DNA from: Candidatus Latescibacterota bacterium
Lineage (GTDB): Bacteria > Latescibacterota > UBA2968 > UBA8231
Length of the DNA: 64,000 nt
Direction: 5' to 3'
Assembly: GCA_965261395.1 (NCBI GenBank)
Contig: OZ253462.1
Span: forward strand, 192,001 to 256,000
Position 1 is the stretch's first letter, and every line of letters starts with the position of its first letter. Of the stretch, positions 50,001 through 58,189 are shown piece by piece. The translations under genes were made by a program, and so were the position numbers. The notes beneath the pieces are model-generated. The model made no database searches and was not told the DNA's origin. It saw only the letters and a program-made list of their open reading frames with translations.

Positions 50001-51068
50001 CAAGTCCAAGCTCACATGGTCGTCTAGCGTCTTTCCATTCAGAGTGGCCGTCACTTCGATCTCGGTTGTACCATCGTTCTTAGTTAGAGTGGCATCCGAG
50101 AACGAGAGATTGACCGCCGTGCTTGCCTTGTCGGTGTCAACCAGCCGAATATCGGTTGACCCGCCAGTAGTACCGACAGTACTGATCGTGACCAGAAGAT
50201 CGTCGTTGAGGGTTTCATTATCATTCTTGGGAACGGGGGTGAAGCTGATCGTCCCCGTCGCCTCTTTCTCACCCTCCGGAATCGTGATCGGGGGAAATGC
50301 TATGCGGAAACGACTATTGAGCCCCGTCTGATTGGAGCCAAGCCGCAAGGGCACAGACGTATTCCCTGCCACCGCCGTATCATCGCCAACTTTGACGTTT
50401 ACCTCGATCTCGGTAGTACCAGTAGCGTCCTCGCGCACACTACTGGGATTCACCGACAGCTTATAGTCCGGCTCTATCGCTATCTGCTTAGCGAAAAACG
50501 GCTCTAGAACATTATTATCAGGAGTATTATCCGCATCAGGGACCTCCACCACCATCTTTACCCAATAGAATCCCGGTGGGTTATCTCCCGCTGGGGTAGT
50601 TCCCCTAGGATCAAGGTCGAGAATAAGAGCAGCTTTGCGGTCAGATGTAATATCTTCCAAATTTGAAGGGGTGCTACTAGTAGGGGTCACTTCTGCCTCT
50701 GCCTCGGAAGGACTCTCCCCGCGATGTAACGTCAACGTGTAGCCCGTGGCTTCCGCCCCATTTCCCATAGGAACCGTAGTACTCTTGGCCGTGCCGAAAT
50801 TCTTTGAATACGATGTACTCCAACTCACAAAAACCGAATCGGCTGCACCTTCGCCTAGTCGCGTATCAAGTGCATAAGTTACCTGCAAATAGGGCTCAGT
50901 GGCATGCGTATGCGTAAGCGCTCCACTTCCATGGCCTTGCGTATCCGAACCCGTAGCGGCATTGCCAGTATGAGCCACAACCTCCCCGCTCCACCCCAGC
51001 ACCAAACCAACAGTTAGCAGCCAAGGCACGTACAACAACCGCCTCATTAACAACTTCGTGTGTGTCAT
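47004..51068 (-). CDS. Large secreted modular protein; paralog 3 (unique N-domain, Calx-beta-like repeats, 3 putative Ig domains, FlgD-Ig/T9SS-like tail)
   Basis: Same leader PWLL..GLVLGW.GE; RDxDY repeats; LPAGL.FD.ATRT..GTP x3; conserved C-terminus. Confidence 0.85.
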   Translation of the reverse strand: MTHTKLLMRRLLYVPWLLTVGLVLGWSGEVVAHTGNAATGSDTQGHGSGALTHTHATEPYLQVTYALDTRLGEGAADSVFVSWSTSYSKNFGTAKSTTVPMGNGAEATGYTLTLHRGESPSEAEAEVTPTSSTPSNLEDITSDRKAALILDLDPRGTTPAGDNPPGFYWVKMVVEVPDADNTPDNNVLEPFFAKQIAIEPDYKLSVNPSSVREDATGTTEIEVNVKVGDDTAVAGNTSVPLRLGSNQTGLNSRFRIAFPPITIPEGEKEATGTISFTPVPKNDNETLNDDLLVTISTVGTTGGSTDIRLVDTDKASTAVNLSFSDATLTKNDGTTEIEVTATLNGKTLDDHVSLDLVIDNTGAQGTTIARRDIDYTATLKPITIRRRQVSGTATITITPLNEKVGLVRVKPANAMTRPGATTAISIPVNPSSIEITAGPETGIKGLIAMPFSIREDAETKNVRLEISLQNALLTDETVVFTISDTDEDIKELQGRSDIGDRFQLADDADRDVDYRAQVQALVIPKGETTATTTMTVTPLNNNREDGLRAFKVTATVGGKTYSEGILITDDDTTSDSIALEVSPAEINESAGVTSVTVTGILNGKVFRDNVVVPLIINNDINGDGTVNADDKAATRDLDYTASLSSLVIPGGQTQGTATITITPTANDGKEGDEKIGLKSSGEPEAINEDGVKEKLVVVGTAITLKDVHEDGAQPTPLDPTRPTFAVADSISNQSYTVGTAIDPLVLPEARGGAAPLMYSVSTLPAGLAFDSATRTLSGTPTAETNGAATIIYTVIDNARAAGALIFTITVAEGEMLPPVADAQLTATPSAIREDAGATQVSLTVALAAAKATAEIVTFTVVAPSEGKQAVRDIDYTASLGAIISIPAGATVGTGTLTITPINNSTVDGLRAIGVQAAFTSGATLMTDIKIVDDETPSTSIALSVNPHTLIEGSGATEVTVTATLDGKSLAENATVVVAIDAASTATRDVDYAALFDPVIEIPLGSITGSTQFAIRIIDDDLIEGNETIKLIGVINGLMGDEAEITLSDQAAMTMPPEEPEMPDGSSFGFAADTMIPNQTYTAGTAITPLVLPAASGGTAPLTYSVSALPAGLLFDAATRTIVGTPSAAIDGALIVIYTVIDSAGNVAALTFTITVNAGLTFGDFFNFFGSGKIVPTASHDLAEIREFIVGQRVEDLVLPEASGGTAPLTYHLSPALPAGLAFDAATRTIAGTPSAEAETAYTYTVTDANGATASLALQTLPAAFVLADNFPNPFNPATTIQYALPQAADVELTVYNVVGQAVRTLVAEHQSAGRYVVEWDATNDSGHSLSSGMYFYRLQAGEEFHEVKKMLLLK

Positions 51069-51117
51069 TACTCTACCTCCCCAGGTTATGAGTAATTACT
51101 GGTGATTTAGAATGTGG

Positions 51118-51155
51118 GAGCTAGGGCCTCGCGCTAAAGTTGGAGGCCCTAGCTC
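51118..51155 (-). terminator. Intergenic hairpin/terminator
   Basis: GAGCTAGGGCCTC-12 nt-GAGGCCCTAGCTC, sharing the GGGCCTC/GAGGCCC core of the other array hairpins. Confidence 0.7.
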
Positions 51156-51173
51156 GCGAACTCGCTGCGTGCT

Positions 51174-51211
51174 TACTTGAGCAGCAGCATCTTCTTGGTT
51201 TCGAGAAACTC
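51174..51211 (-). repeat. 38-bp direct repeat of the 3' end of the 51545-53983 gene (other copy 51546-51583)
   Basis: tacttgagcagcagcatcttcttggtttcgag(a/g)aactc, 37/38 identical; encodes EFLETKKMLLLK plus stop. Confidence 0.9.
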
Positions 51212-51283
51212 GTTTCGGCTGCGCCTCGGCTTCCGCAAGTTCGGTCGAATCCGTTGTCTCCTCCATAACGATCGGAGGATAGA

Positions 51284-51523
51284 TCATGGCACGAATACCT
51301 TCAGCCCGATATTGAGTAGGGTCAAGATAAAGGTCATGGCGATTAAGAGCATCTTAAGGCTGCCTTTGAGCTCGGCAATATCTGCCTTGAGTTCCCCTCT
51401 CAACGCAGCAATATCCGTCTTGAGTTCCCCCCGCAACGCAGCAATATCGGCCTTAGTAGCCAAGTGCTCATAGGCTCCCTCTAGCCGGGATACGCGCTCG
51501 GTTAGGTCCGCCGTCTCGGTCAT
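51284..51523 (-). CDS. Small coiled-coil protein with C-terminal TM (DUF1640/CCDC90-like)
   Basis: RBS AGGAGAG; LATKADIAALRGELKTDIAALRGELKADIAELK 11-residue repeats (33-bp DNA repeat); hydrophobic tail. Confidence 0.7.
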   Translation of the reverse strand: MTETADLTERVSRLEGAYEHLATKADIAALRGELKTDIAALRGELKADIAELKGSLKMLLIAMTFILTLLNIGLKVFVP

Positions 51524-51544
51524 GACCTTCTCCTCCTATTGTAG

Positions 51545-53983
51545 CTACTTGAGCAGCAGCATCTTCTTGGTTTCGAGGAACTCTCCGCCCGCCTCTAAGC
51601 GGTAGAAATACATCCCCGAAGACAAGCTATGACCGCTGTCGTTGGTCGCGTCCCACTCCACGACGTAGCGACCGGCGCTCTGATGCTCAGCAACCAGCGT
51701 CCGCACCGCCTGACCTACTACATTATACACAGTCAACTCCACGTCCGCCGCCTGCGGCAGTGAATACTTGATCGTCGTCGCCGGGTTGAACGGGTTCGGA
51801 TAGTTATTTGCCAACCCGAACACCTCAGGCCGCGTCTGCAACTGCACCGGTGCCGGCAGCGCCAAGCGGTTGAAGCCAAACTCGCTGTCATAGGTCTGGC
51901 TGTCGGTGATCTCGATGACCGTGTTCTCGATCTCCGTCTTCGCGCGGAAGACCAAGCTCAGCTCCACCTCGCCTTCGGAGACCAAGTCCCCGTGGGCGAC
52001 CAGTGCCAACACACCCGCTTCGTCAGAAAGCACCTGCGGGGCGGCCAACGCGCTCCCACCCAGCGGCTGATCGGTCAAAGCCTCGACGAACTCCAGCTTG
52101 CTGGCGTCATACTGCACCTGCAAGCCGTAGCCCTTCATCGCGACGAAGTCCGCCAAGCTCACGTCGAGAACGAAGTCCTCACCCACGATAGGCATGGCCG
52201 TCCGCGCATCCAGATACAGCCGCGCATCCGCATTCAGACCCGCCAGCATAGGCACGCGCTTGCCCGCGCCAGCCGTGCTGCGACCGAAGTTGTCGGCAAA
52301 GACGAAGAAATCGTCGAAGTCGATCATCGCGCTCGGCGCTAGGTCAAACGCGGGATCAAAACCTTCATCTCCCGCCGTCAAACCGAAGAGATCGGCTAGA
52401 ATGAAGAAGTCGTCGAAGCCGACGCGGTTGTCTGCGCCGAACAGACCGAAAATCGCGCGACCTTCGCTGTCCACTGCGATGTTGCGCACGGCCATCGCCG
52501 TCTGCTCGATGTCGGAAACAGGCTCGTTGTCCAAGTCGTAGGGCCGCACCTGATAGGTGTAGCGCACGCCGTTGAGCGCCGTCTCATCGACGAAGGACGT
52601 AACGCCGGCGTCCGCCTGCCCGACCAAGACGAACCCGTCTGCGCCCGCAGCGCGGCGATAGATGCTGTAGCCGTGGACGCCGACGACAGGCTGGGGTGCG
52701 GCCGGGCCAATGGCCCCGGCAACGACGCCGTGCAAGACCAGGTCAGACGGCGAGAGCGTCCACGTCAGGGCGATGCGGCTGCCCTCGTCATTGGGCGCAT
52801 CCAAAGCGCTGAGCGCCGGCACCGCTTCCGGCGCAATGTCGTCAATAGCGCGAACCGGCTCTTCCGTCAGGGTGATATCCGAACTCTGCAGCACGCCATC
52901 AACGCTCTGCAGCCTCGGAGCCACGCCTTGGGCGTACGCGAGGGCTTCCGGCAACAGCGAGGCCAACACCGGTGCATCACCGGCTTGCGTCGCTTCCCTG
53001 CTGGCCATCAGCGTCTCGGCCATCATCTCATAGGGCTGGTTCAGATTTTCAGCGCTAACGAACGCGGCCTTAGCGGCAACGACGTTCGTGGTGCGACCAT
53101 CGCGCTCGGCGGCAATGCCCCATCGGGTGGCGACATTGTCGAGCGTAGCGACGATGGCGCGACCAATACCGACGCCCGGCACGGCATCTACCATGGCCCA
53201 AGGAACCATCTCATCGTTCAGCAAGGGGACCTCGCGGAAGATGCGATAGCCGTCTAGCGTGTCGTGGTGCTCCGACAGGTCCCAAGTCAGCAGGATAAAG
53301 CCGCCGTTGTCCCCAGCACCGTCAGCACCCTTATAGTCTTGGGCCGCCAGAATATTGGGCGCATCCAACGGAGGCTCGATAACCGACACGGGGAACGGCA
53401 CCGAACCGGAAGCACCAGCGGCGTCCACAACCGTGAGGATAACTGCGGCCACACCCACCTCCGTAGGCGTACCCGAGATCGTCCGCGTGGCCGCGTCAAA
53501 CGACAGGCCCGCAGGCAGCCCCGACATGCTGTAGGTCAGCGGCGGGGTCCCACCCGGGATTTCCGGCAGCGTTAGCGGCTCAATCGCCGTGCCAACCTCA
53601 TACGTCAGACCTACAGATATGTCGTCGCTAACCGGTGCCTCCACCTCGATAGTGAGCAGCGGCACCGAGTTACTAGCATTGGCAGCGTCTGTCACCGTGT
53701 ATATGTACTCCGTGGCAGGGCTCGCCGCTAGCGGCGTACCCGAGATCGTCCGCGTGGCCGCGTCAAACGTCAAACCCGCAGGCAGAGCTGGCGTGAGGCT
53801 ATAGGTAAGCGGCGGAGTGCCGCCCGTAACCTCCGGCAGCGTCAGCGGCTCAATCGCCGTGCCAACCTCATACGTTAGGATTCTAGCCTCGTGTTCATCG
53901 GCTGAGGCGGTATGCGCGCCGATAAATAAACCGCTTGCTCCCCAAAGGGTTAACAAGCCAACGGTCAATAACATTCGCTGCAT
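51545..53983 (-). CDS. Secreted protein with 2 putative Ig domains, Fn3-like, dockerin/EF-hand-like, cohesin-like and FlgD-Ig/T9SS-like domains
   Basis: Signal peptide; LPAGL.FDAATRTISGTP x2; GFDDFF..AD.FG/DFDDFF.FADNFG; GYGLQVQYDASKLEFV; NYPNPFNP tail. Confidence 0.82.
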   Translation of the reverse strand: MQRMLLTVGLLTLWGASGLFIGAHTASADEHEARILTYEVGTAIEPLTLPEVTGGTPPLTYSLTPALPAGLTFDAATRTISGTPLAASPATEYIYTVTDAANASNSVPLLTIEVEAPVSDDISVGLTYEVGTAIEPLTLPEIPGGTPPLTYSMSGLPAGLSFDAATRTISGTPTEVGVAAVILTVVDAAGASGSVPFPVSVIEPPLDAPNILAAQDYKGADGAGDNGGFILLTWDLSEHHDTLDGYRIFREVPLLNDEMVPWAMVDAVPGVGIGRAIVATLDNVATRWGIAAERDGRTTNVVAAKAAFVSAENLNQPYEMMAETLMASREATQAGDAPVLASLLPEALAYAQGVAPRLQSVDGVLQSSDITLTEEPVRAIDDIAPEAVPALSALDAPNDEGSRIALTWTLSPSDLVLHGVVAGAIGPAAPQPVVGVHGYSIYRRAAGADGFVLVGQADAGVTSFVDETALNGVRYTYQVRPYDLDNEPVSDIEQTAMAVRNIAVDSEGRAIFGLFGADNRVGFDDFFILADLFGLTAGDEGFDPAFDLAPSAMIDFDDFFVFADNFGRSTAGAGKRVPMLAGLNADARLYLDARTAMPIVGEDFVLDVSLADFVAMKGYGLQVQYDASKLEFVEALTDQPLGGSALAAPQVLSDEAGVLALVAHGDLVSEGEVELSLVFRAKTEIENTVIEITDSQTYDSEFGFNRLALPAPVQLQTRPEVFGLANNYPNPFNPATTIKYSLPQAADVELTVYNVVGQAVRTLVAEHQSAGRYVVEWDATNDSGHSLSSGMYFYRLEAGGEFLETKKMLLLK

Positions 53984-54138
53984 GGTTTTCTCCTCTAACG
54001 TGATTTAGCGAATCCCTGCTCGCCGTAGAGTACCAGCAAGCTACTGGCTCTTGACGACTGCCCCGGAATTTCCTTATTAACAACTCTTATTAAACAAAGA
54101 TAATAATAACAAGCATTTTTTCGCAATCTGGCGGTCAC

Positions 54139-54984
54139 ATGATTATCGACATTCACAGCCACGCTTGGCAGTATCCCGAGCATTTCACCGACCAGTTTTG
54201 CCAACAAGCGGCCCAAGTGGCCAAAGCCGGCGAGGCCCTCGACTTAACCGTGACCTATATAGCCTATCGCGCGGGCGCGCAAACCTGCGACAAAACCATC
54301 GTCTTTGGCGGCAAGGCCCGGCGCTCTGGCCTGTGGATTGACGACCGCTATGTCGCCGAGTACGTCGCCGCGCACCCAGAAGCGCTCATCGGCTTCCTCT
54401 CGCTCGACCCCACCCAAGACGGCTGGGAGCAAGAAATGGCCTACGGGCACCAAGAACTCGGCCTCAAGGGCATCAAGCTGCTCTCCATGTACGCCGGCTT
54501 CTATCCGCACGACCAAAGCCTCGACCCGCTGTGGCACTACGCCACCGAACACGACCTGCCCGTGCTGCTGCACACCGGCACCACCTTCGTCGCCCAAGCC
54601 CCGCTCGACTGCACCTTGCCGCGCCATCTCGACCCGGTGGCCATCCGCTTCCCAAAGGTCAAGATCATCATGGCCCACTTGGCGCATCCCTACGAGGGCG
54701 AGTGCGTAGCAGTCATCCGCAAACACCCCAACGTGTACGCCGACGTCAGCGCCCTCCACTATCGGCCTTTCCAGCTCTACCACAGCCTGATGCTGGTGCA
54801 GGAATACGGGGTCTGGCACAAGTTGCTCTTGGGCAGCGACTATCCCTTTACGACGATCGACGCCTCCATTGAGGGTCTGTACGGATTGAACAAAATGCTC
54901 GATGGCACGGCCCTGCCGCGCTTAGACGAGCGCGAAATCCATGCCTTAATCCACCGCGATAGCCTCGACATTTTGGGGCTTTAA
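54139..54984 (+). CDS. Amidohydrolase family 2 protein
   Basis: IIDIHSH, GIKL, PVLLHTG, IMAHLAHP, NVYADVS, LGSDYP. Confidence 0.9.
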   Translation: MIIDIHSHAWQYPEHFTDQFCQQAAQVAKAGEALDLTVTYIAYRAGAQTCDKTIVFGGKARRSGLWIDDRYVAEYVAAHPEALIGFLSLDPTQDGWEQEMAYGHQELGLKGIKLLSMYAGFYPHDQSLDPLWHYATEHDLPVLLHTGTTFVAQAPLDCTLPRHLDPVAIRFPKVKIIMAHLAHPYEGECVAVIRKHPNVYADVSALHYRPFQLYHSLMLVQEYGVWHKLLLGSDYPFTTIDASIEGLYGLNKMLDGTALPRLDEREIHALIHRDSLDILGL

Positions 54985-55063
54985 GGCTTGCGCCAGAGCG
55001 CTTTTCCCCGTTTAATCCTAACTAGTAATCCCCACCCCCACCTCTTCCAAAGGAGTCGCTCTT

Positions 55064-57100
55064 ATGAAGCGTCTACTTTTCTGTGCGTTGTCCCTCTTCC
55101 TCTTCGGCGCGCCTGTGGTGGCTGATGATGAAGCGGATGAAGCGGACGTCTATGAAATGGGAGAAATGGTCATCACCGGCTCCAAGCTGCCGCAGACGCC
55201 GGGGAATGTGACCCAGAAAATCTCCATTATCACCGCCGATGAGATGAGCTCTTTTGTCCTCGGCAACGGCAACCTAGCGGAGGTCCTCTCGTACAGCCCG
55301 GGCAACTTCTCCAACGTGCTGTCCCGCAATGACGCCAACTGGGGTTCCTCCGGCGGCCTGGCGCACACCTACAAAGGGTACATGCTCGACGGCCTGCCAA
55401 TCGACGCCTTCGTCGATCTCCAGAGCCTCGATTCGTGGGCCTTCCAGCGGATCGAAGACCAGCGCGGCTCGGCCTCGGTGCTCTATCCGACCTATCTGGC
55501 CATGGACTTCGCCGGCAACCAGTCGCCGCTGGCGGGGACGGCCAACTTTATCCTCAAGGAGCGCGTCGAGAGCACCCGCACCAGAGCCTCGGCGTACTAC
55601 GGCTCCTACAACACCATCGGCGGGCGCTTCTTCCACCAGCGCGCCGCCGGCAACCTGCACCTCTTCTTCGGAGGGCACCACGAGGATTCGGACTATACCT
55701 ACTACGGAACCTTTGACGACGACGGCAACAGAAACTCTTGGCTAAATATGGATGACAACCCCGAGTACGAGAAAACCAAGATGTACATGCGGGGAACTTA
55801 CTTCCTCAACGACAGCGGCCAGCGGGCCTCCCTCTACGCCCACCGCACCTGGCACACCGGCGACGCTGGTCGCATCAACCGAGACTTCGGCCACATCTAC
55901 ACCACCCTGAACGCCGGCTACACGAACCCGATCTCCGACAAGGCCACCCTCCAAGCCAAGGTCGGCTACCGCGACTACGTGCGGCGCTGGGAGGAAGACG
56001 GCATTTGGGAGGATCCCCAAAGCCGCCAACTGCGCTCGGAGGACGGGGTGGACCAGTCCGTCATACCGGCCGATCTCTCCCTCTCCATCATAACCCGAGA
56101 GGCGGACGTGCTCACCGTAGGTGCCGACTATCAGCTCGCCTCGTACGCGACCTCGTCCGAGACCGACTCGCTGAGGACCGGCAACGACGCCACGGCCACC
56201 GCCTTGGGGTTCTACGCCCAAGAGGAGTTCCGCTTGAACGCGCTCATCCTGCGGGCCGGGGCGCGCTACAACATCATATCGCACGACATCGACCTATTGC
56301 AGGGCGCTCCCCCGAACGAGACCAGCAACTCCTGGAACAAGGTCCTGTACAGCGCCGGGGCGCGCTACAACCAAAGCGACGACCTCTCGGTGTTCGCCAA
56401 CATCGGCACCAGCTTCAAGGCACCCTCCCTCAAGTCGGTAGGCGGCACGGTTCCCCCGGACGGCAAGGGCGGCCATCTCCCGAATCCAGACATCAAACCG
56501 GAGGCGGGGACCAGCCTCGACGTGGGGGCAAACTTCCGGCCGATGGCGGGAGTACAGATCGGTGTGCGCGGCTTCAACATCCTGATCGACGATCAGATCG
56601 TGCAGCGGGTGGTGCCAGTGGCAGAGGACGATCCCGCCCAATCGCAGGACATCAACGCCGGCAACACCACGACTAATGGCGTAGAGCTAGAGGTCACCCA
56701 CCGCCTCGACGAGACGGTGGAGTGGTTCGCCAACTACACCTATACCAATGCCGAAGTGAAGGAACACCTCGATGAGAATCAAGTCGGCGCCAATATCAAC
56801 TTCGTGCCTCAGAACGCCATCGGCGCCGGGGTTCACCTCACCTTTTCGCAGGGCTTGCGGGCGACGGTCACCTTGCAGTCCTACAGCGGCATTTACCAAG
56901 ATATCAACAGGGACGCCGAACCCCTCGACGGGTACATCCTGGTGAACGCTCGCCTTGAGCAGCGCGTCCGCACCCAAGACGGGTACGACCTGAATCTCTA
57001 TCTCGAACCGTACAACATCACCAACCAGACCTTCGAGATGCCCTGGGGATTTCAGGATCCCGGCTTATCGGTCAACGGCGGCATAATGGTCTCCTTCTAG
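55064..57100 (+). CDS. TonB-dependent receptor
   Basis: Signal peptide, MVITG, plug LDGLP...RIE..RG..SVLY, NPDIKPE, GVELE, NYTY, YNITN, C-terminal F. Confidence 0.88.
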   Translation: MKRLLFCALSLFLFGAPVVADDEADEADVYEMGEMVITGSKLPQTPGNVTQKISIITADEMSSFVLGNGNLAEVLSYSPGNFSNVLSRNDANWGSSGGLAHTYKGYMLDGLPIDAFVDLQSLDSWAFQRIEDQRGSASVLYPTYLAMDFAGNQSPLAGTANFILKERVESTRTRASAYYGSYNTIGGRFFHQRAAGNLHLFFGGHHEDSDYTYYGTFDDDGNRNSWLNMDDNPEYEKTKMYMRGTYFLNDSGQRASLYAHRTWHTGDAGRINRDFGHIYTTLNAGYTNPISDKATLQAKVGYRDYVRRWEEDGIWEDPQSRQLRSEDGVDQSVIPADLSLSIITREADVLTVGADYQLASYATSSETDSLRTGNDATATALGFYAQEEFRLNALILRAGARYNIISHDIDLLQGAPPNETSNSWNKVLYSAGARYNQSDDLSVFANIGTSFKAPSLKSVGGTVPPDGKGGHLPNPDIKPEAGTSLDVGANFRPMAGVQIGVRGFNILIDDQIVQRVVPVAEDDPAQSQDINAGNTTTNGVELEVTHRLDETVEWFANYTYTNAEVKEHLDENQVGANINFVPQNAIGAGVHLTFSQGLRATVTLQSYSGIYQDINRDAEPLDGYILVNARLEQRVRTQDGYDLNLYLEPYNITNQTFEMPWGFQDPGLSVNGGIMVSF

Positions 57101-57103
57101 CCG

Positions 57104-58189
57104 ATGTCCGCTGTAGTTGGCTCTGCGGTGGTCTCTCCAACGAGAGTGGTCACCGCAGAGCGCCAGCGTCTCGTATTCTTCTTCCTGCTTCTCGCTTTCC
57201 TGCTCGCCGGTGCTCCGGCTCTCGCAGAAGGTGTGGCGGCCACGGACTTTCGCGGTCGCCGCATCGAACTGGACAAGCCGGCCGAGCGCATCATCTGCCT
57301 GCTCGAAAGCGCCCTCACCGGCCTCTACATGCTCGGGGCCGAGGCGCGTCTCGTCGGCATTTCGACCAATATCTACCAAGAAAGCGTCTTCCCGTACTAC
57401 GCGGCTATGGACGAACGCATCCGCGAGCGCACCCTGCCGACGCCGGGGAACTGGGACTTCGTCAACATTGAGAGCATGGTAGCGCTGCAGCCGGACCTAG
57501 TCATCCTTTGGTCGGGTCAGGAGGAGTCCATCGCCGCTCTCGAAGAGAAGGGGATCCCGGTTTTCGGGGTCTTCATCGAGCGCTTTGCGGACATTCACCG
57601 CGAGATCGCCGCCCTCGGCGAGCTGACCGGCACCCAAGAGCGAGCGGCCGAACTCCTCGCTATTGCCCAAGAGGAATTGGATGCGGTGCAGCGCAAGACC
57701 ACCCTCGGCGAAGGAGAGGCTAAGCCGCGCGTGTACTTCATGTGGGACCAAGGGCCGCTGGAGACGGCCGGCCGCAACAGTACCGTCCAGGAGCTAATTG
57801 ATCTAGCCGGGGGAATCAACGTGGCGGGCGACAGCGAGCTAGAGCACCTCATCGTCAACCTCGAAAACGTCCTCGTCTGGAATCCAGAGTTGATCGTCAT
57901 GTGGTGCAACGACCGGCTCGATGCCGAAGACATAGGCGAACTGTCCGGCTGGCGCTCGCTCTCAGCGGTACGCAACGGGCAGGTACGCGAGCTGCCCGAT
58001 CCCTTCTCGTGCGACTTCTGGACCCTCAAGTACATCTTCACCGTCGATCTCGTGGCCCGCTGGTGCCATCCAGACCGCTTTTCCGCAAAAAACGTGGAAG
58101 AGCTACGGGCCGGCCTGCTGAACAAGCTGTACGGGGGGCGGCTCGGGGAACTACCGGCGCTCTCTCTCGGGAAGGAAGACGGCCCGTGA
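57104..58189 (+). CDS. Iron-siderophore/cobalamin ABC transporter substrate-binding protein
   Basis: TDFRGR...PAERII, NIESMVALQPDLVI, LAGGIN, SAVRNGQV; start uncertain. Confidence 0.85.
   Translation: MSAVVGSAVVSPTRVVTAERQRLVFFFLLLAFLLAGAPALAEGVAATDFRGRRIELDKPAERIICLLESALTGLYMLGAEARLVGISTNIYQESVFPYYAAMDERIRERTLPTPGNWDFVNIESMVALQPDLVILWSGQEESIAALEEKGIPVFGVFIERFADIHREIAALGELTGTQERAAELLAIAQEELDAVQRKTTLGEGEAKPRVYFMWDQGPLETAGRNSTVQELIDLAGGINVAGDSELEHLIVNLENVLVWNPELIVMWCNDRLDAEDIGELSGWRSLSAVRNGQVRELPDPFSCDFWTLKYIFTVDLVARWCHPDRFSAKNVEELRAGLLNKLYGGRLGELPALSLGKEDGP

Noticed and set aside
51096-51287. 63-aa ORF across the duplicated 3' stub
   Set aside because: Reads the stub out of frame, runs through the terminator hairpin and has no recognisable motif.
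39092-53983. CRISPR array or diversity-generating retroelement
   Set aside because: Repeats are coding-domain paralogy; no regular repeat-spacer pattern, no reverse transcriptase and no adenine-specific template/variable pair seen.
54073-54093. CTTATTAA direct repeat in the divergent promoter region
   Set aside because: Short repeat in AT-rich DNA with no regulator nearby; insufficient support for an operator call.
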